NCBI GenBank assembly: GCA_965287045.1
Contig: OZ336873.1
Coordinates: 35,340,001 to 35,404,000, forward strand
Origin: Carcharhinus amblyrhynchos
Lineage: Eukaryota
DNA: 64,000 nucleotides
Direction: 5' to 3'
Positions 11,381 to 23,495 of the stretch are shown here, piece after piece (position 1 is the first letter of the stretch; each line of letters opens with the position of its first letter). Under the pieces are notes generated by a model that searched no databases, was not told the origin of the DNA, and saw only the letters and a program-made list of their open reading frames with translations. A program made the position numbers and the translations under genes.

Positions 11381-11665
11381 ATAGATCATAGAATCCCTAC
11401 CGTGTAGAAGGAGGTCATTTGGCCCATCGGATCTGCACCGACCACAATCCCACTCAGGCCCAATACACGTAATCCCATATATTTACCCTGCTAATCTCCC
11501 TGACACTAGACATGGCCAATCAAACTAACACATGTTTTTGGACTGTGGGAGGAAACCAGGGCACCCAGAGGAAACCCACACTGACAGTGAACCGAGGACG
11601 GAATTGAACCTGGGTCCTTGGTGCTGTGAGGCAGCAATGCTAACCACTGTGCCACCATGCCATCC
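11381..11665 (-). mobile_element. HE1 SINE with CR1/HER1-type tail
   Basis: Reverse-strand head plus GGGCCAAATGACCTCCTTCTACAC...GGATTCTATGATCTAT tail. Confidence 0.88.
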
Positions 11666-11788
11666 ATATTTTATCCATGTATTACACAGAGCATCAGGTA
11701 TAAATTTTTTTTTGAGGTTGAGAAAAATACTTTATACTGATATACAGTAACTAAGCTAGGGTGTACAAGCACTAAGCTTAAAAGAAAC

Positions 11789-12081
11789 TCCTGCCTCCCA
11801 GTCTGCCTGGACCCCCTACAGTTTGCCTATTGCCACAACAGGTCCACAGCAGATGCCATCTCACTGGCCCTACACTCAATCCTGGAACACCTAGATAACA
11901 AAGACACTTATGTCAGACTCCTATTCATAGACTACAGCTCAGTCTTTAAAACCATTATTCCTATGTGACTCATTTCGAAACTTCATGTCCTGGGGCTCGG
12001 CTCCTCTGCCTGCAACTGGATTCTAGACTTCCTAACCCACAGACCATAGTCAGTAAGGATAGGTATCAACACCTCCTCCAC
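11789..12081 (+). mobile_element. Rex1 RT fragment; inverted near-copy of 10263-10555
   Basis: Reverse complement of 10263-10555 with few mismatches. The off-frame ORFs 10191..10379(-) and 11965..12156(+) are nearly identical. Confidence 0.9.
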
Positions 12082-12769
12082 ATATTCAATACAACTCCAG
12101 GTATAGTGGATAATGATCATACAGGTCGTCTTGAGCCTCAACCTGACTACACATGAACTGAATCAGAGCCTCAATCATAATTTATATCCTGAAATCATAA
12201 AAAATTGTGTGTGCTTAATATGCAGGCCGAATCAAACAGGTGGCATGAAATACTGCAATCAATTACAAATATTCCTGTCACATACTAAATACAGTCAGTG
12301 GGCTGTAATTGGACCATATCTCGAATAAACTCTGGCTGAAGTTACCATACTTCAAACAGCCTATCTATAGCCCTTCATCCAGCTTGACACTCGGTAGCTG
12401 TCTATTTATTCAACCATTGTCTTATCTGCATCTTTAATGTCCCCAGCCTCTTCCCTTGCTCTTCAACTGCCTTGAAAGAGCGTTGGTGACCATAGATCTC
12501 TGCATTGGCCCATGGTTGTGCCTGGCAAGATGTGTCAGCGGTTTGCCAGTATCTTCCGTAAATGGCTGATCAGGAAACTCTCCAGTTCTTACTGCTTGCT
12601 ATTGGTATATGGGCAGGATTTACAGGTTGACAGTCAACCAATTTGGCCAAGTTATGAATGCACTTCCCATGGCCATCAAATCCAGGGAGCTTCTGGCTCA
12701 GATTACCCACTGTGCCATAAGACCTTCACATTATCCTGAGTAGAATTTTGACACTCTCCCATTCTGGTT

Positions 12770-13735
12770 GTTCACCCTGATATGATCACAGATTTATTTC
12801 TTCAAGTCCAAAGGGTGTGTCTACCTGGTTCACAAACGGTTAGCTCATCTGATTGGATCCTTCAAATGCTCTTGGCCTCACTCTCTTCTACAAAAACAAT
12901 CAAATTCTCCCAAATTAGAGCAGAGATTAAATAGAAATCCCAGATTCACTTCTCCACCATCTGTATCCCTCCACCATCAGCTATGATAACCAGCATAAAG
13001 AGCTCATGGACCTCTTGGTCACAAAGATCAATACAAACCAGTTAGCTATCGCTGCTGCTTTCCTGCTTCTGCACTGTCAAAACTTCCCTCCAATCCTCTA
13101 TTTCCCAGCCTCGAACAAAGTAAACTTAAGGAATTTTCAATCTTTCAATCAGGCATTTTACAGCCTTGCTGACTCGAGTCGAGCAAATTAACTCCATAAC
13201 CTCTGACCTCATTTTTTTCTATTGGTGTTTTGTTGTTATTTTTGGACAGCAGCTGTTGGTGATGATTCAGTTTTCCCATTTACACTGTCTCGAGGCCCAC
13301 CTTTTGTTTCTTCACTTGCTCCATTACCATCACATTTTGCCTTGCACCATTAAAACTTCTGCCCTTTTCCACCTTATCACAGGCCTTCCCTTTGGTCCTT
13401 TTCATTTCCTCCCTCTGATTTCACCACCTATTTTTGCTTTAAAGCTGTCAATATTGCTAACTTTTCCCCACTCTGCTGAAAAGTCATTGTCTGAAACACG
13501 AAGGCTGGAATGTTAAGGCCATTCAGTCTGGTGGGATTTACCCATCCCGTTGTGGTGAACAGAGTTTAGGCTGGGATCCAAATTCTCTGACTTCACTGCA
13601 GCTGGAGCATGGCTTTTACGGCTGGTAAAACCATGCCCAATCTGTTTCTAGCTACCCAGATGCAGCCGTACCTGCTTTTCAGGATTTTCTGTTTCTCTTC
13701 CAGATTTCCGGCATCCACAGTATTTCACTTTGGTA
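12770..13735 (+). mobile_element. Decayed Penelope-like element including its 3' terminal repeat; small MITE inserted at ~13530-13640
   Basis: Pyrimidine-rich 3' region ending CTGCTGAAAAGTCATTGTCTGAAAC...CAGATGCAGCC..ACCTGCT..TTTTCTGTTT..CAGATTTCCGGCATCCACAGTATT, the same end type as 22611-22725. Confidence 0.6.
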
Positions 13736-13869
13736 TCCTTGAATTTACTATTGCTTCCTAAATCCTTCCTAATATTGCCTGCAGGTTTGAATCTCTCTTG
13801 TCAGTTTTTGCCCATGCCACAGTAGAGGAAATAGCTCTGATCCAAGTCATGTGACATCAAAATGAGGTG

Positions 13870-14900
13870 TATTTTCTCTCATCCTCTCTTCAGCCTTTGA
13901 CAGTATTGATCATAATTCATCTGCCTCCAATTTTTCTCCTACATTTTCCAGTAGTGAGATGGTCCTGGCTTTGTTCCATATTTCCTAATCAAATTGTGGT
14001 CAGAGTATTTCTGATAATAATTTCTTATCCTGGTTCTGCATCATAACCTCAAAAGCCCCGGGAGTCTTTTGCTCTCCTCCTGTCCACGCCTACATTTTGC
14101 CCCTTGGCAGCATCACCCAAATTCACAGGACTAACTTCCATGCAATGCGTACTTCCGCTGACAAACAGTTCTATATCTCCATCACCTCTCCCGACCTTTG
14201 CATTGTCTGTGTTTTCAAACTGCTTGTCAAACATGCAGCCTCCAACGCATCGTGCTTCCACCAGTTAAGCAATGAAAGAGCAAAGCCGCTGTCCTCTTTC
14301 CTGTCACAAACTCCGTACTCTTGCCAGCAATTCTATCCTGCTCCCCAGCAAGTATCGCAATACAAACCAGACTGTTTGCAATCCTGACATCCTACCCCAA
14401 CCCAAACGGCATAATCTCATACTCTCACTGTAAAAAAGTTGTTTCCAGCGGAGTAACATTGTCCAACTCCAGTGTTGCCTCAGCCCACTACTGCAGAAAC
14501 CCTCATTCATAGCTTATCACTTTAGAGACTCAATTGTTCTTTCAGCCATTCCCCCTGATTCTGTAACCCACAGCTCATTCAAAACACTGAACCATTTCCT
14601 ATGTTGTACATCCATCAATCACCCCTGGGCTCTGTGACCTACGTGGTCCTCCAATGCCTCCAATTTAAAATTCTCATTCAAATTTAAATCCCTCCCTAGT
14701 TCTGTAACCCTTACAAGCAACCCCTCCTCAGATTCTTCACTCCTCCTAATTGGGCCTCTAACATATCTAACCTTCTGGCACAGCACCATTTATGGGGGTG
14801 CCTTTCATCACATTTGCTGCATACTCTGGAATGACTTCCCTTAATATCTTTGCCGCTCCATCTTCATGTCCTCCTTCAGGAATCTCCTTAAAATTTATCT
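13870..14900 (+). mobile_element. L2-clade LINE RT to 3' end, decayed
   Basis: SAFDSIDH (LSAAFDTVDH-like), ADKQFYIS (YADDTQLY-like), FKILI and WNDFP remnants. Confidence 0.75.
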
Positions 14901-15110
14901 ACGCTCCAATATCATTTTGATGAATCTGTGCAGCGCCTTCAAAGCCAACATACTCTTCCTCAGGTGCGGTGCCCACAACTGCAGACAGTACTTCGGATGG
15001 GGGTCTGAGAAAGGCTCTGCGCAACTGAAGCATGGATTCCTCCCCTTTGAAATCTAGCCCCTTTGAGATAAAGGCCAACATTTCATGAGTATTTTGATTG
15101 CTTTTTGGAA
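14900..15110 (-). mobile_element. CR1 ORF2 fragment
   Basis: ORF 14899..15081: MLAFISKGLDFKGEESMLQLRRAFLRP. Confidence 0.75.
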
Positions 15111-15123
15111 GTATATACTAGTT

Positions 15124-15170
15124 CCAAATGATTTGTTATTTAAACTCCCAAATGATTTGTTATTTAAACT
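15124..15170. repeat. 24-bp tandem duplication (CCAAATGATTTGTTATTTAAACT)
   Basis: Two adjacent identical units. Confidence 0.9.
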
Positions 15171-15234
15171 TTCCAATCCCGAAGCAGTTCCGTACACGAG
15201 AATGGGATATAAGCAATGTGAAATTTCAGTTTTG

Positions 15235-15538
15235 AAGTTTTTAAGTTTATTTATTAGTGTCACAAGTAGGCTTACATTAATACTGCAATGAAGTTACTGT
15301 GACAATCCCCTAGTTGCCACACTCTGGCACCTGTTCAAGTACACTGAGAGAGAATTTAGCATGGCCAATGCACCAAACCAGCACATTTTTTGGACTGTGG
15401 GAGGAAACTGGAGCACCCTGAGGAAACCCATGTAGACACAGGGAGAACTTGCAGACTCCGCACAGTGACCCAAGCCGGGAATCGAACATGGGTCCCTGGT
15501 GTTGTGAGGCAGCAGTGCTAGCCACTGTGCCACCGTGC
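15235..15538 (-). mobile_element. HE1-like V-SINE with the alternative (Rex1-like) tail
   Basis: Reverse complement of the 10588/39306 type. Confidence 0.88.
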
Positions 15539-15781
15539 AGGTAAAATACATTGATATTTGCCAATCTATATTACCAAAAGCAGAACTAGAAGCAAATGAT
15601 GGGATATTTATTTATATTAATCTCAGCACAACAACCACTGATGTCACTGCTATGAAAGATCACCAGCGGTATAACTAAAAGTCAAGGGCAAATTTCTCCC
15701 ATTTATTTAGCAGCAGTTACTCTTAACTTAAAATGTTTTCAGATTTAAACTCAATTTATTGAATATTTGCATTTAAAGCTA

Positions 15782-15967
<186 letters not shown>

Positions 15968-17514
15968 TCAAACAACACAACTGTTAGTTAAAGGAAAATA
16001 CAGGGTGGGGGTATGCAATGATGCTGTTTGAAATGTGTATTTGAAAACTAACAATCTAACCAAAGTACTGAATATGATCACAATAGGTGACGATAAAAAA
16101 TGTCGACATTGTTCCAACCATTCCAGCTCTAATTTGTTACTGCAATCTATTAACTTTTGTACAGTCAACTCCAAGGGTACATGATGATGCATTTATCTCC
16201 TTAATCATCAGCATTTGTGTTTGACAATATTTACAATGTGTCTGCTAGAGTTCTGAAGATTTAAACAGCAATAAAACACAAATCAACATTTGTCTGACCT
16301 CAAAACTGCGACAGTCGTATTTTTTTTACAAAATTCCTGGATTTGGGATCCTTCTGGCAGCTGAAGATGAGCATTTGGAGCTGACAGATTTATTACATCC
16401 TATCAGATTTGATGACAGCAGATTAGGACCCTGCTGATTCTTGGTAACAGCCTGTCACCAAATCAGGATTAGTTGCACTGACCACAGATGTTTTTGATTG
16501 GATAAACCTAACACCTTTCCCACTGTGCTTTTAGAAGCAGTGAGGCTAAAGCTAAATGTACCAGTTTTACAGCACTAAGTGTTAATATTTGCTTTCTTTA
16601 ACAGTTAGACAAAACGCATAGGCTACAGTAAATTATTACGTTATCATTCAATTAAGGGCGAGTTACTTGGGCTGGTTACATTTCTGAGCCAATCAGGCAG
16701 CCCTTGCATGGCTGTCCAGCACTACAACAAAAGACTAGTCAAGAAATAATGAACGCAACAGATACTTTAGGAAGAAACATTAATAGGAAATATTAACAGT
16801 GAATTCCCCCCAAGTCTACCTCTTCCCCCTTTTCTCCAGATGGCAGTAATAAATGGGTTGGAATCTTACTGGCTCTCTGGTGCAGGTTAGGAGGCAAGAG
16901 TGCCTTTAAATACCAGGGCTCTTTGGTTCAATTTTACTGCTGGAGAAGTTTCTCAGTAATGGAAAGAGTGGTGACTCAGCACCCTGCCAACTAGACAGTA
17001 AAGGACTGAATAGGGGCCTTTTGCATGGTATCTGGTTAGGGCGAAGATGACAGAGCTATGGTTGATGGCGCATGGAGGGGAGTGTCAGCAGCAAAGACCA
17101 CCACTTCGGCCCTTACTGCCACTGGAGAGGTTTTCCTTCCAACTGTCAGGTCCAGCCTGTTTGACCCTGTCAAAAAATTAACTCTCTATCACCTCTGTCA
17201 GTGTGCCTCAAAATAGAAAGGCCACACAATTCCCTTGCAGCTTCAGCAGCAGCCACCTCTCTTTGCAATGCAAAGGCTGCAGAGTTGTTAGCCCTCTGAC
17301 TGGGCCAGCAAGGTGAAAGGCCTGGTAGCCTTTTACAATTGGCTGCCTCATCCATCTGCCGACTTGATTGCTTCCTTCTGACAGCATCATGGCAGAGGTC
17401 CCACCTCCCACCCAAGCATGCTGGCTATCTGAAAACATCCCTGATGTCAGGACTTTCCACTCCTTCTGAGAAGATCTTGCTCATGGTGGTAGCCTTATGT
17501 ACTCTGCATAAAGA

Positions 17515-17835
17515 ATGAGTGTGCGTATACTGTGTGTTTTTCCTTTTATGAGTGAGATGTGCAAGGGTATATTGTGTGTAGTGCATGGGATTTGGGAATG
17601 TTGCCTATGTGGGGGTGTGTATGTAAATATGGGATGTGCCTGTAAGTGGGGGGATGTGAATGTGAATGTGTATGGGGGGAGGGGAAGTGCAAATGTGAAT
17701 GCGGGTGTGTATACAGGTTAGGCGTGTTTTTGGCAGTGTTTGGCAATGGAATTGTGCTTTTTGTTGCGGTTTCAGTAGTCTTCTATGTGTATGGGTGTGT
17801 ATATGTGGATGAGCGCAGTTGTGTGTTCCTGAGGG
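17515..17835. repeat. GT-rich low-complexity tract
   Basis: Degenerate (TG)n and GGGGGTGTG. It is the source of the His/Cys/Val-rich junk ORFs. Confidence 0.6.
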
Positions 17836-17837
17836 CA

Positions 17838-18070
17838 AGTGTTGAGTTTGCATTTCCTCCCCGTGTTTGCATGGGTTTATTCTGGATGCTCCTGTTTCCT
17901 CTCACAGTTCAAAGATGTGTAGATTAGGTGGATTAACCATGGTAAATGTATGGGGTACGGGAATAGGGTGGAGGGGAGGGCCTGGGTGTTTTGCTCTTTC
18001 AGAAAGTCAGTGCAGGTTTGATGAGTCAAATGGTCTCCTTCTGCACTGTAGGGATTTAATAGTTCTATAG
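17838..18070 (+). mobile_element. 5'-truncated HE1 SINE (V-domain plus CR1-type tail)
   Basis: GAGTTTGCATTTCCTCCCCGTG...GAGTCAAATGGTCTCCTTCTGCACTGTAGGG. Confidence 0.8.
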
Positions 18071-18944
18071 TATGTGAGTAGGTGTAGGGAAGGAGGAGGA
18101 GTGTCTGTGAGGGTGGGAGGTTTAGGTTTTGGGAAGGCAGCAAGGAAAGTTACACAACTGAAGGTAAAGTCGTTCCAGGATAGCACCTTTGATGAAATTG
18201 TCCTTTAAATTCTGGCGATGGTGGGGAAAACATGGGAGAACTTTCTACACACCCTCCTCATGTCAATAAGGCCAGGTATTTCTGCCCATTCAGGTCAGGT
18301 CAGCATAGCAAACTGTGGTTCAAGGCAAGTTCTGCTCAACATCCTGGCAGGTATGATGCATCTGCTGTAACCATGTAATATATGATGGGAGTTACATCTT
18401 TTGGCATGGGCAGGCGTGGGTTCCACTTTATCACACTTGTGCCGACAGAACAAGAAAACCTTCAGGCCTGAACTAGCTTAAGTAGTGTTCGAGTGCAACA
18501 GCTCTCAACATTCTCCTTCTGAGGCCTCCCTTCTTTGTTAGAAAAATTCCACAGACCCATCAGTAATTTTTCTGTCCAAAAATAAGTAATGCAAATATAC
18601 ATGTATTTCTTCTTTTCATTTTACTTATTTAATTGAAATTTCTTGTTGGTGCTGAACAACAATTTTCAAATCTCACGCCTACTTGTAAACCTGGAGTCTC
18701 GTGGCATCTTCCCCAAATACAATGCATTCTTTAAACAATCTTCAGTTGTGTAATAACATGAAGTAGCATTTCTGATCTTGCTATAACCTTCACTGATTAG
18801 ACAGATTAAATTCTTTCCTGTATCCTGAATTGAGCTGCCTCTCATATCTGTCACTAGGAGGGAGAAGCGGATTTAGGGAAGTGGCAAGGTGATGATACAC
18901 TCAGCCAGTCCTTTCACCTTCCTCATTCCAACATTACCAATGTA

Positions 18945-20480
18945 TATAATTTGAACAGCATTGTACTTTTTGTAACTAAAATATTGGAATATTCGTAATG
19001 TTCTCATTACTGAATTGAAACATCTCAGAGTGTGTCTCGATCGCTGGAGAAAATGTGAATATCATTGCACTTTTCTGTTATGGCAATTTGAAATGTTTCA
19101 TGATGTTTCTTTTAGATATTTTTTGAATAAAGTAGATTTTTCCAAAGAGAGTCTCCATCTGGACAACATCACCTGTTGTTGGAGGATCGTCAAGTCAGTG
19201 AAAGATGCTCTTTGGTCTGCCCGAAACTTGTTGGTCTTCCAGTGCAAAGAGCTGTCCCTGATCAATTATTGCAGACTGGCACATTCCAAAGCTACGTGCT
19301 GAGGAATATACTAAAGCTAGGGTTAGTCCCACCACAAATACTCAATGAGGAAAGGCTACTGTCTAAGGCCTTTCAGTCATCGTGAACTAAGGAGTGTGGA
19401 AGTGTATAGAATCCCCTTGGTTGTATGTCTCACTTTGAATGTACACAGTGAATATTACATTTATGTGGACAACTTAAATACCTTCATAATGTCTGTAATG
19501 ATCATTTTGAAATGTTGGTAACATTTCTTTTGATTGTATTGAAGCACCTCAGATTGCAACATGATGTATGTAGGAAACTTGAATATTATTACACTTTGCA
19601 TTTAAAGCTTATTTATTAGTGTCACAAACAATAACTCTGCAATGAAGTTACTGTGAAAACCCCCTAGTCACCACTCTGGCACCTGTTCAGGTACACTGAG
19701 GGAGTATTCAGCACGGTTGAAGCACCTAAGTAGCACGACTTTCGGACTGTGGGAGGAAACCAGAGCACCCAGAGCACGGAGACACGGGGAGAACGTGCAA
19801 GGTCCGCATAGTGATCCAAGTCGGGAATTGAAACCGGGTCCCTGGCACTGTACCATCCTGGTTTTGTGTCCTGGTGGTTTTTGTGTGATGATCATTTTGA
19901 AATGTTTGGAATGTTCTTTCAGAATTTTTATGAAAAAAGGCAGTCACTATCTGGGACTGGAGAGAGGTGGTTTTTGTTGAGATTCATTCTGAGCAGCTCT
20001 GTGACACAGCACTCTGTGCTCTGTGGACTTGTCTCAGGGACGTACTCTGAGACAAACATCAGCTATTGCTGGAGGGTCACCAACTCGGTGAAAGCCACTC
20101 TTTGGTCTGCTCAAAACTTGTTGATCTTCCAGTGCCAAGAGCTGTGCCCGACCAAGTGTTGCAGAAGGCACATTCCAAAACTGTGCTGAGGGTTACACTA
20201 AAGCTTGAGGTAGCCCCATTGCATGGGGAAAGGTCACTGTCTAAGACATTTCAGCCATAGTAAATGGAGGGGAGTAGAATTTATACAGGCCCCTCGGCCG
20301 TATGACTTGCATTGAATCTGTATAGTGAATATTATATTTATCACAATTGTACTGAAGCACTTCAGAGTGCAACTTGATCAATGTTGACAATTTATTATGC
20401 CATTTGTAATGACTATTTTGAAATGTTTGTAATGTTCTTTCAGATATTTTACAAATAAAGTACCTTTATGAAATAAAAAA
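18945..20480 (+). mobile_element. Three head-to-tail 3' fragments of a Tx1/L1-clade LINE (~18945-19145, 19163-19940, 19955-20480)
   Basis: C-terminal ORF2 peptide CWR..SVK.ALWSA.NLL.FQC.EL in the second and third copies. Each copy ends in a related AT-rich 3' UTR (TTTGAAATGTTT...TTCTTTCAGA...). Confidence 0.75.
19603..19858 (-). mobile_element. HE1-like V-SINE with the alternative tail, nested in the Tx1 3' UTR
   Basis: TTTATTAGTGTCACAA...GCAATGAAGTTACTGTGAAAACCCCTAGTC...GGTCCCTGGCACTG. Confidence 0.82.
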
Positions 20481-20628
20481 GTCTCCATCTGGTTGAACAT
20501 AAACATCTTTAACAATGTTGAACACTTTTTCATGTAGTTAAAATGCTTCACAGGAATTAATTACTTTTAAAATGCAGTGATCCTATTTAGGTGGGCAAAT
20601 TCACTCAGATCAAGGTAGCATTTAAAAA

Positions 20629-20943
20629 CATAGAATCATAGAATGTCTATAGTGTAGAAGGAGGCCATTTGGCCCATCGAGCCTGCACTGACAACAACCC
20701 ACCCAGGCCCTATCCCTGTTACCCCACATGTTTATACTGTTAATCCCCCGACACAAAGGGACAATTTATTATGGTCAATCCACCTAACCTACACATCTTT
20801 GGACTGTGGGAGGAAACTGGAGCACCCGGAGGAAACCCATGCAGACACAGGGTGAATGTGCAAACTCCACAGAGGCTGGAATTGATCCTGGGTCCCTGGT
20901 GCTGTGAGGCAGCAGTGCGAACCACTGCGCCACCATGCCGCCC
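20629..20943 (-). mobile_element. Near full-length HE1 SINE with CR1-type tail
   Basis: Head GGGCGGCATGGTGGCGCAGTGG; tail ending (TTCTATGA)n. Confidence 0.9.
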
Positions 20944-22145
20944 CTATTTCTTCTGGGTTGTCAGCAATTAATTTTTGGATATTGTGTACAAATTTTTCTA
21001 CACTTTGGTTGTTTTGACAGATCCCTTGAAACCATCTTGCAGCTCCTTGGGGGTTGGGGGGGGCGGGGGAAGGGGTCTCTGATTGTGCATAAACTAAAAC
21101 TTGTTTTTGTATGAACTTAGGTAACACAGTACTTGCACACTGACAAAGCCATTAGCAAGGTGCAAAAGAAGTGAAGAGATAATGAAGCACATCAAAAAAG
21201 AGGCGATTGGGTCATACCAAAATAAATCCTGCATGGTCAGCAACTCTTGAATGGGACCCAAACATGTGCAATTCTAAAAACAATCTGGGGTTCAAATCCT
21301 GACTCCACCACTTTAGGGGATTACCTTGGTGCTTCAATGCACTAAAATAAGTATACCCATATATCTGTATAATAAATGAAGAACAGACCAATATCACCAG
21401 GCAGCTAAAACTGAGTGTGTTCTGTTAAACACAGTGACATTTCTTAAAACTTTACTCAAGAAAGAAAGGTAAAATACAAATAAGTAGAAAGGCATATTCC
21501 TTAAAGCTACTCACAAATACAAGATGCACGTTTCTTTGGCTCATTGGATTTTTGCATGAGCCACGCAATAATGCAGAAAATAAATATTTGCGTTTTCATT
21601 GTTAATTTAACATACAAAGTGTACTTAAGGGAGTTAGTGTTGTTGGCATTGAATTAAAACTATAAAAGCTTTAATCCCCTTTTGTGTATAAAGTTACAGC
21701 TGGAGCCTAAAATCTTTTAGATTTCACAGATTTAAAACAAAGGTAATTATTTATTGTCCTCCTAAACATTAAATGGAGTGGAATAAGCAGTCTGCTGACT
21801 TTTCACTCATGGCAGTTATGATCTACTATTGCACTCCTTAGAAACTGTCACCACAGATGAATGCACTAGTATAAATATTGTCTAGAATCCCCTTAGGGAT
21901 CAATGACTGCTACAGTTCATGTTGTTTACATTTCAAAGCTGCTATAGCTCTATGAACAATAATTATTGATTAATTGATTAAAAGGACAATTGCATCCTCC
22001 TTTTCAACATTTTAACAAATGCTAATGAATTTTGAACGTAGATCAGTCTGTTCAAAACAAGGGTACCAGCTACATCAGTGGCTAAAAGTCATAAATTACT
22101 GTGCAGTTAAAAAAAATCTAAGCAAATATGAGTTCGCAGCAGGGA

Positions 22146-22274
22146 NNNNNNNNNNNNNNNNNNNNNNNNNNNNNNNNNNNNNNNNNNNNNNNNNNNNNNN
22201 NNNNNNNNNNNNNNNNNNNNNNNNNNNNNNNNNNNNNNNNNNNNNNNNNNNNNNNNNNNNNNNNNNNNNNNNNN
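22146..22274. other. Assembly gap (129 N)
   Basis: Run of N. Confidence 1.
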
Positions 22275-22610
22275 GGCAGAACCTGCACCCAGAGCAGCAG
22301 GGGTGACCTTGCTACTTATGACCAGGCAGACACGTACAGTATTAGCAAAAAAACTGATAGTATACTTAGTGTATATTAATAGCTTTCTAATAGTTCTGTT
22401 GTGGTTTTTGCAGATTTAATGAGAAAGTAGACTTCCTTTTTAATATTCATGCTCACATTGCATGGTACCTGTTTATTGATGTGGCATAGCATGTACACAA
22501 ATCACACAGCAATAAACACTCTAAAGGTGGTTCTCAGGTCTCCCAAAACATTTAAAATTAAAATCATGCTTTCTTGAGGACGTTTGAACCAGTAGAATTA
22601 ATGGCATATT

Positions 22611-22725
22611 CTGATAAAATCCACCTGAAACAGTGTTTCTCCCTCCACAGATGCTGCCTGATTTGCTGAGTATTTCCAACATTCTGTATTTTGATTTTAG
22701 ATTTCTATCGCAGGCAGTATTGCGC
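22611..22725 (+). mobile_element. Penelope-like 3' terminal repeat remnant
   Basis: CTGATAAAATCCACCTGAAACAGTGTTTCTCCCTCCACAGATGCTGCCTGATTTGCTGAGTATTTCCAACATT. Confidence 0.65.
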
Positions 22726-22764
22726 ACACATCTGTTAGCACTTTCACATTTTTTATTTTTCAAA

Positions 22765-23495
22765 AATAATTTGTGTTTATGTAGCACCTCTAACATTACA
22801 AAACGTTCCAAGGCACTCGCCAGAGTTTTGCACATAAACAGCTATTAGGCTGAAGATCAAAATCTTAGTCAAAGAGGCAGGTTTTAAGCAGTTCCTTAAA
22901 GGGTAAAAGGGAAGCAAGAAGTAGGCTTGTGTAGGAAGGGTATTCCTGGAGCTGAGAATCAAGGCAACCAAAGGCACAACACCATGGTGGCAGGATTTAA
23001 ATTAGGGGACTCAAAAGGCTTGAATTTGAGGAATGCTGATGTCTTGAACGGTTGTGGGACTGGAAGAGATTACAGAGATGGCGTGGGCGACGTCATGAAG
23101 GGATTTGAAAACAAGCATGAAAATTTTCAAAAAGAGCTGCTCAACCAGGGGACAATGCACTGTTAATTCAGCGAGCACAGGCATGATGCGTGAACAGGGC
23201 ATGGTGCGAACGAACTAAGATACAGATAGGAAAGTTTTAGATGACGTCAAGTATAGGGAGGCTAGAATGTGGGAGATTGGCCGGGATGTGCATTGGGATG
23301 TTTAAGTCTCGAACTAACAAAGGCTCAGGCGAGGGCATCAGCGTCAGAGGAGCAGAGGCAATCCGTGATGTTAAGGAGGTGAAAAACAGACAGTCTTAGC
23401 GATGCTAAGGAAATGTCTTTCGAAGCTCATCTTGGGGTCAAATATGACAGCAAGGTTGCGAGTAGTCTGATTCAACCACCGACAGTTGGAAGGGA
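22765..23495 (-). mobile_element. L2-clade LINE 3' end
   Basis: Reverse L2 tail (GTGCTACATAAACACAAATTATT) and peptide FLKIFMLVFKSLH. Confidence 0.8.

Noticed and set aside
12330-12720. Possible RTE-clade LINE fragment on the minus strand (..ESFLISHLRKIL..)
   Set aside because: Only one short motif is recognisable, which is too weak to list as a feature without a profile search.
17515-17927. His/Cys-rich ORFs resembling metal-binding proteins
   Set aside because: They are translations of a GT-rich low-complexity tract.
22019-22379. ORFs spanning the N run
   Set aside because: They are open only because of ambiguous bases.
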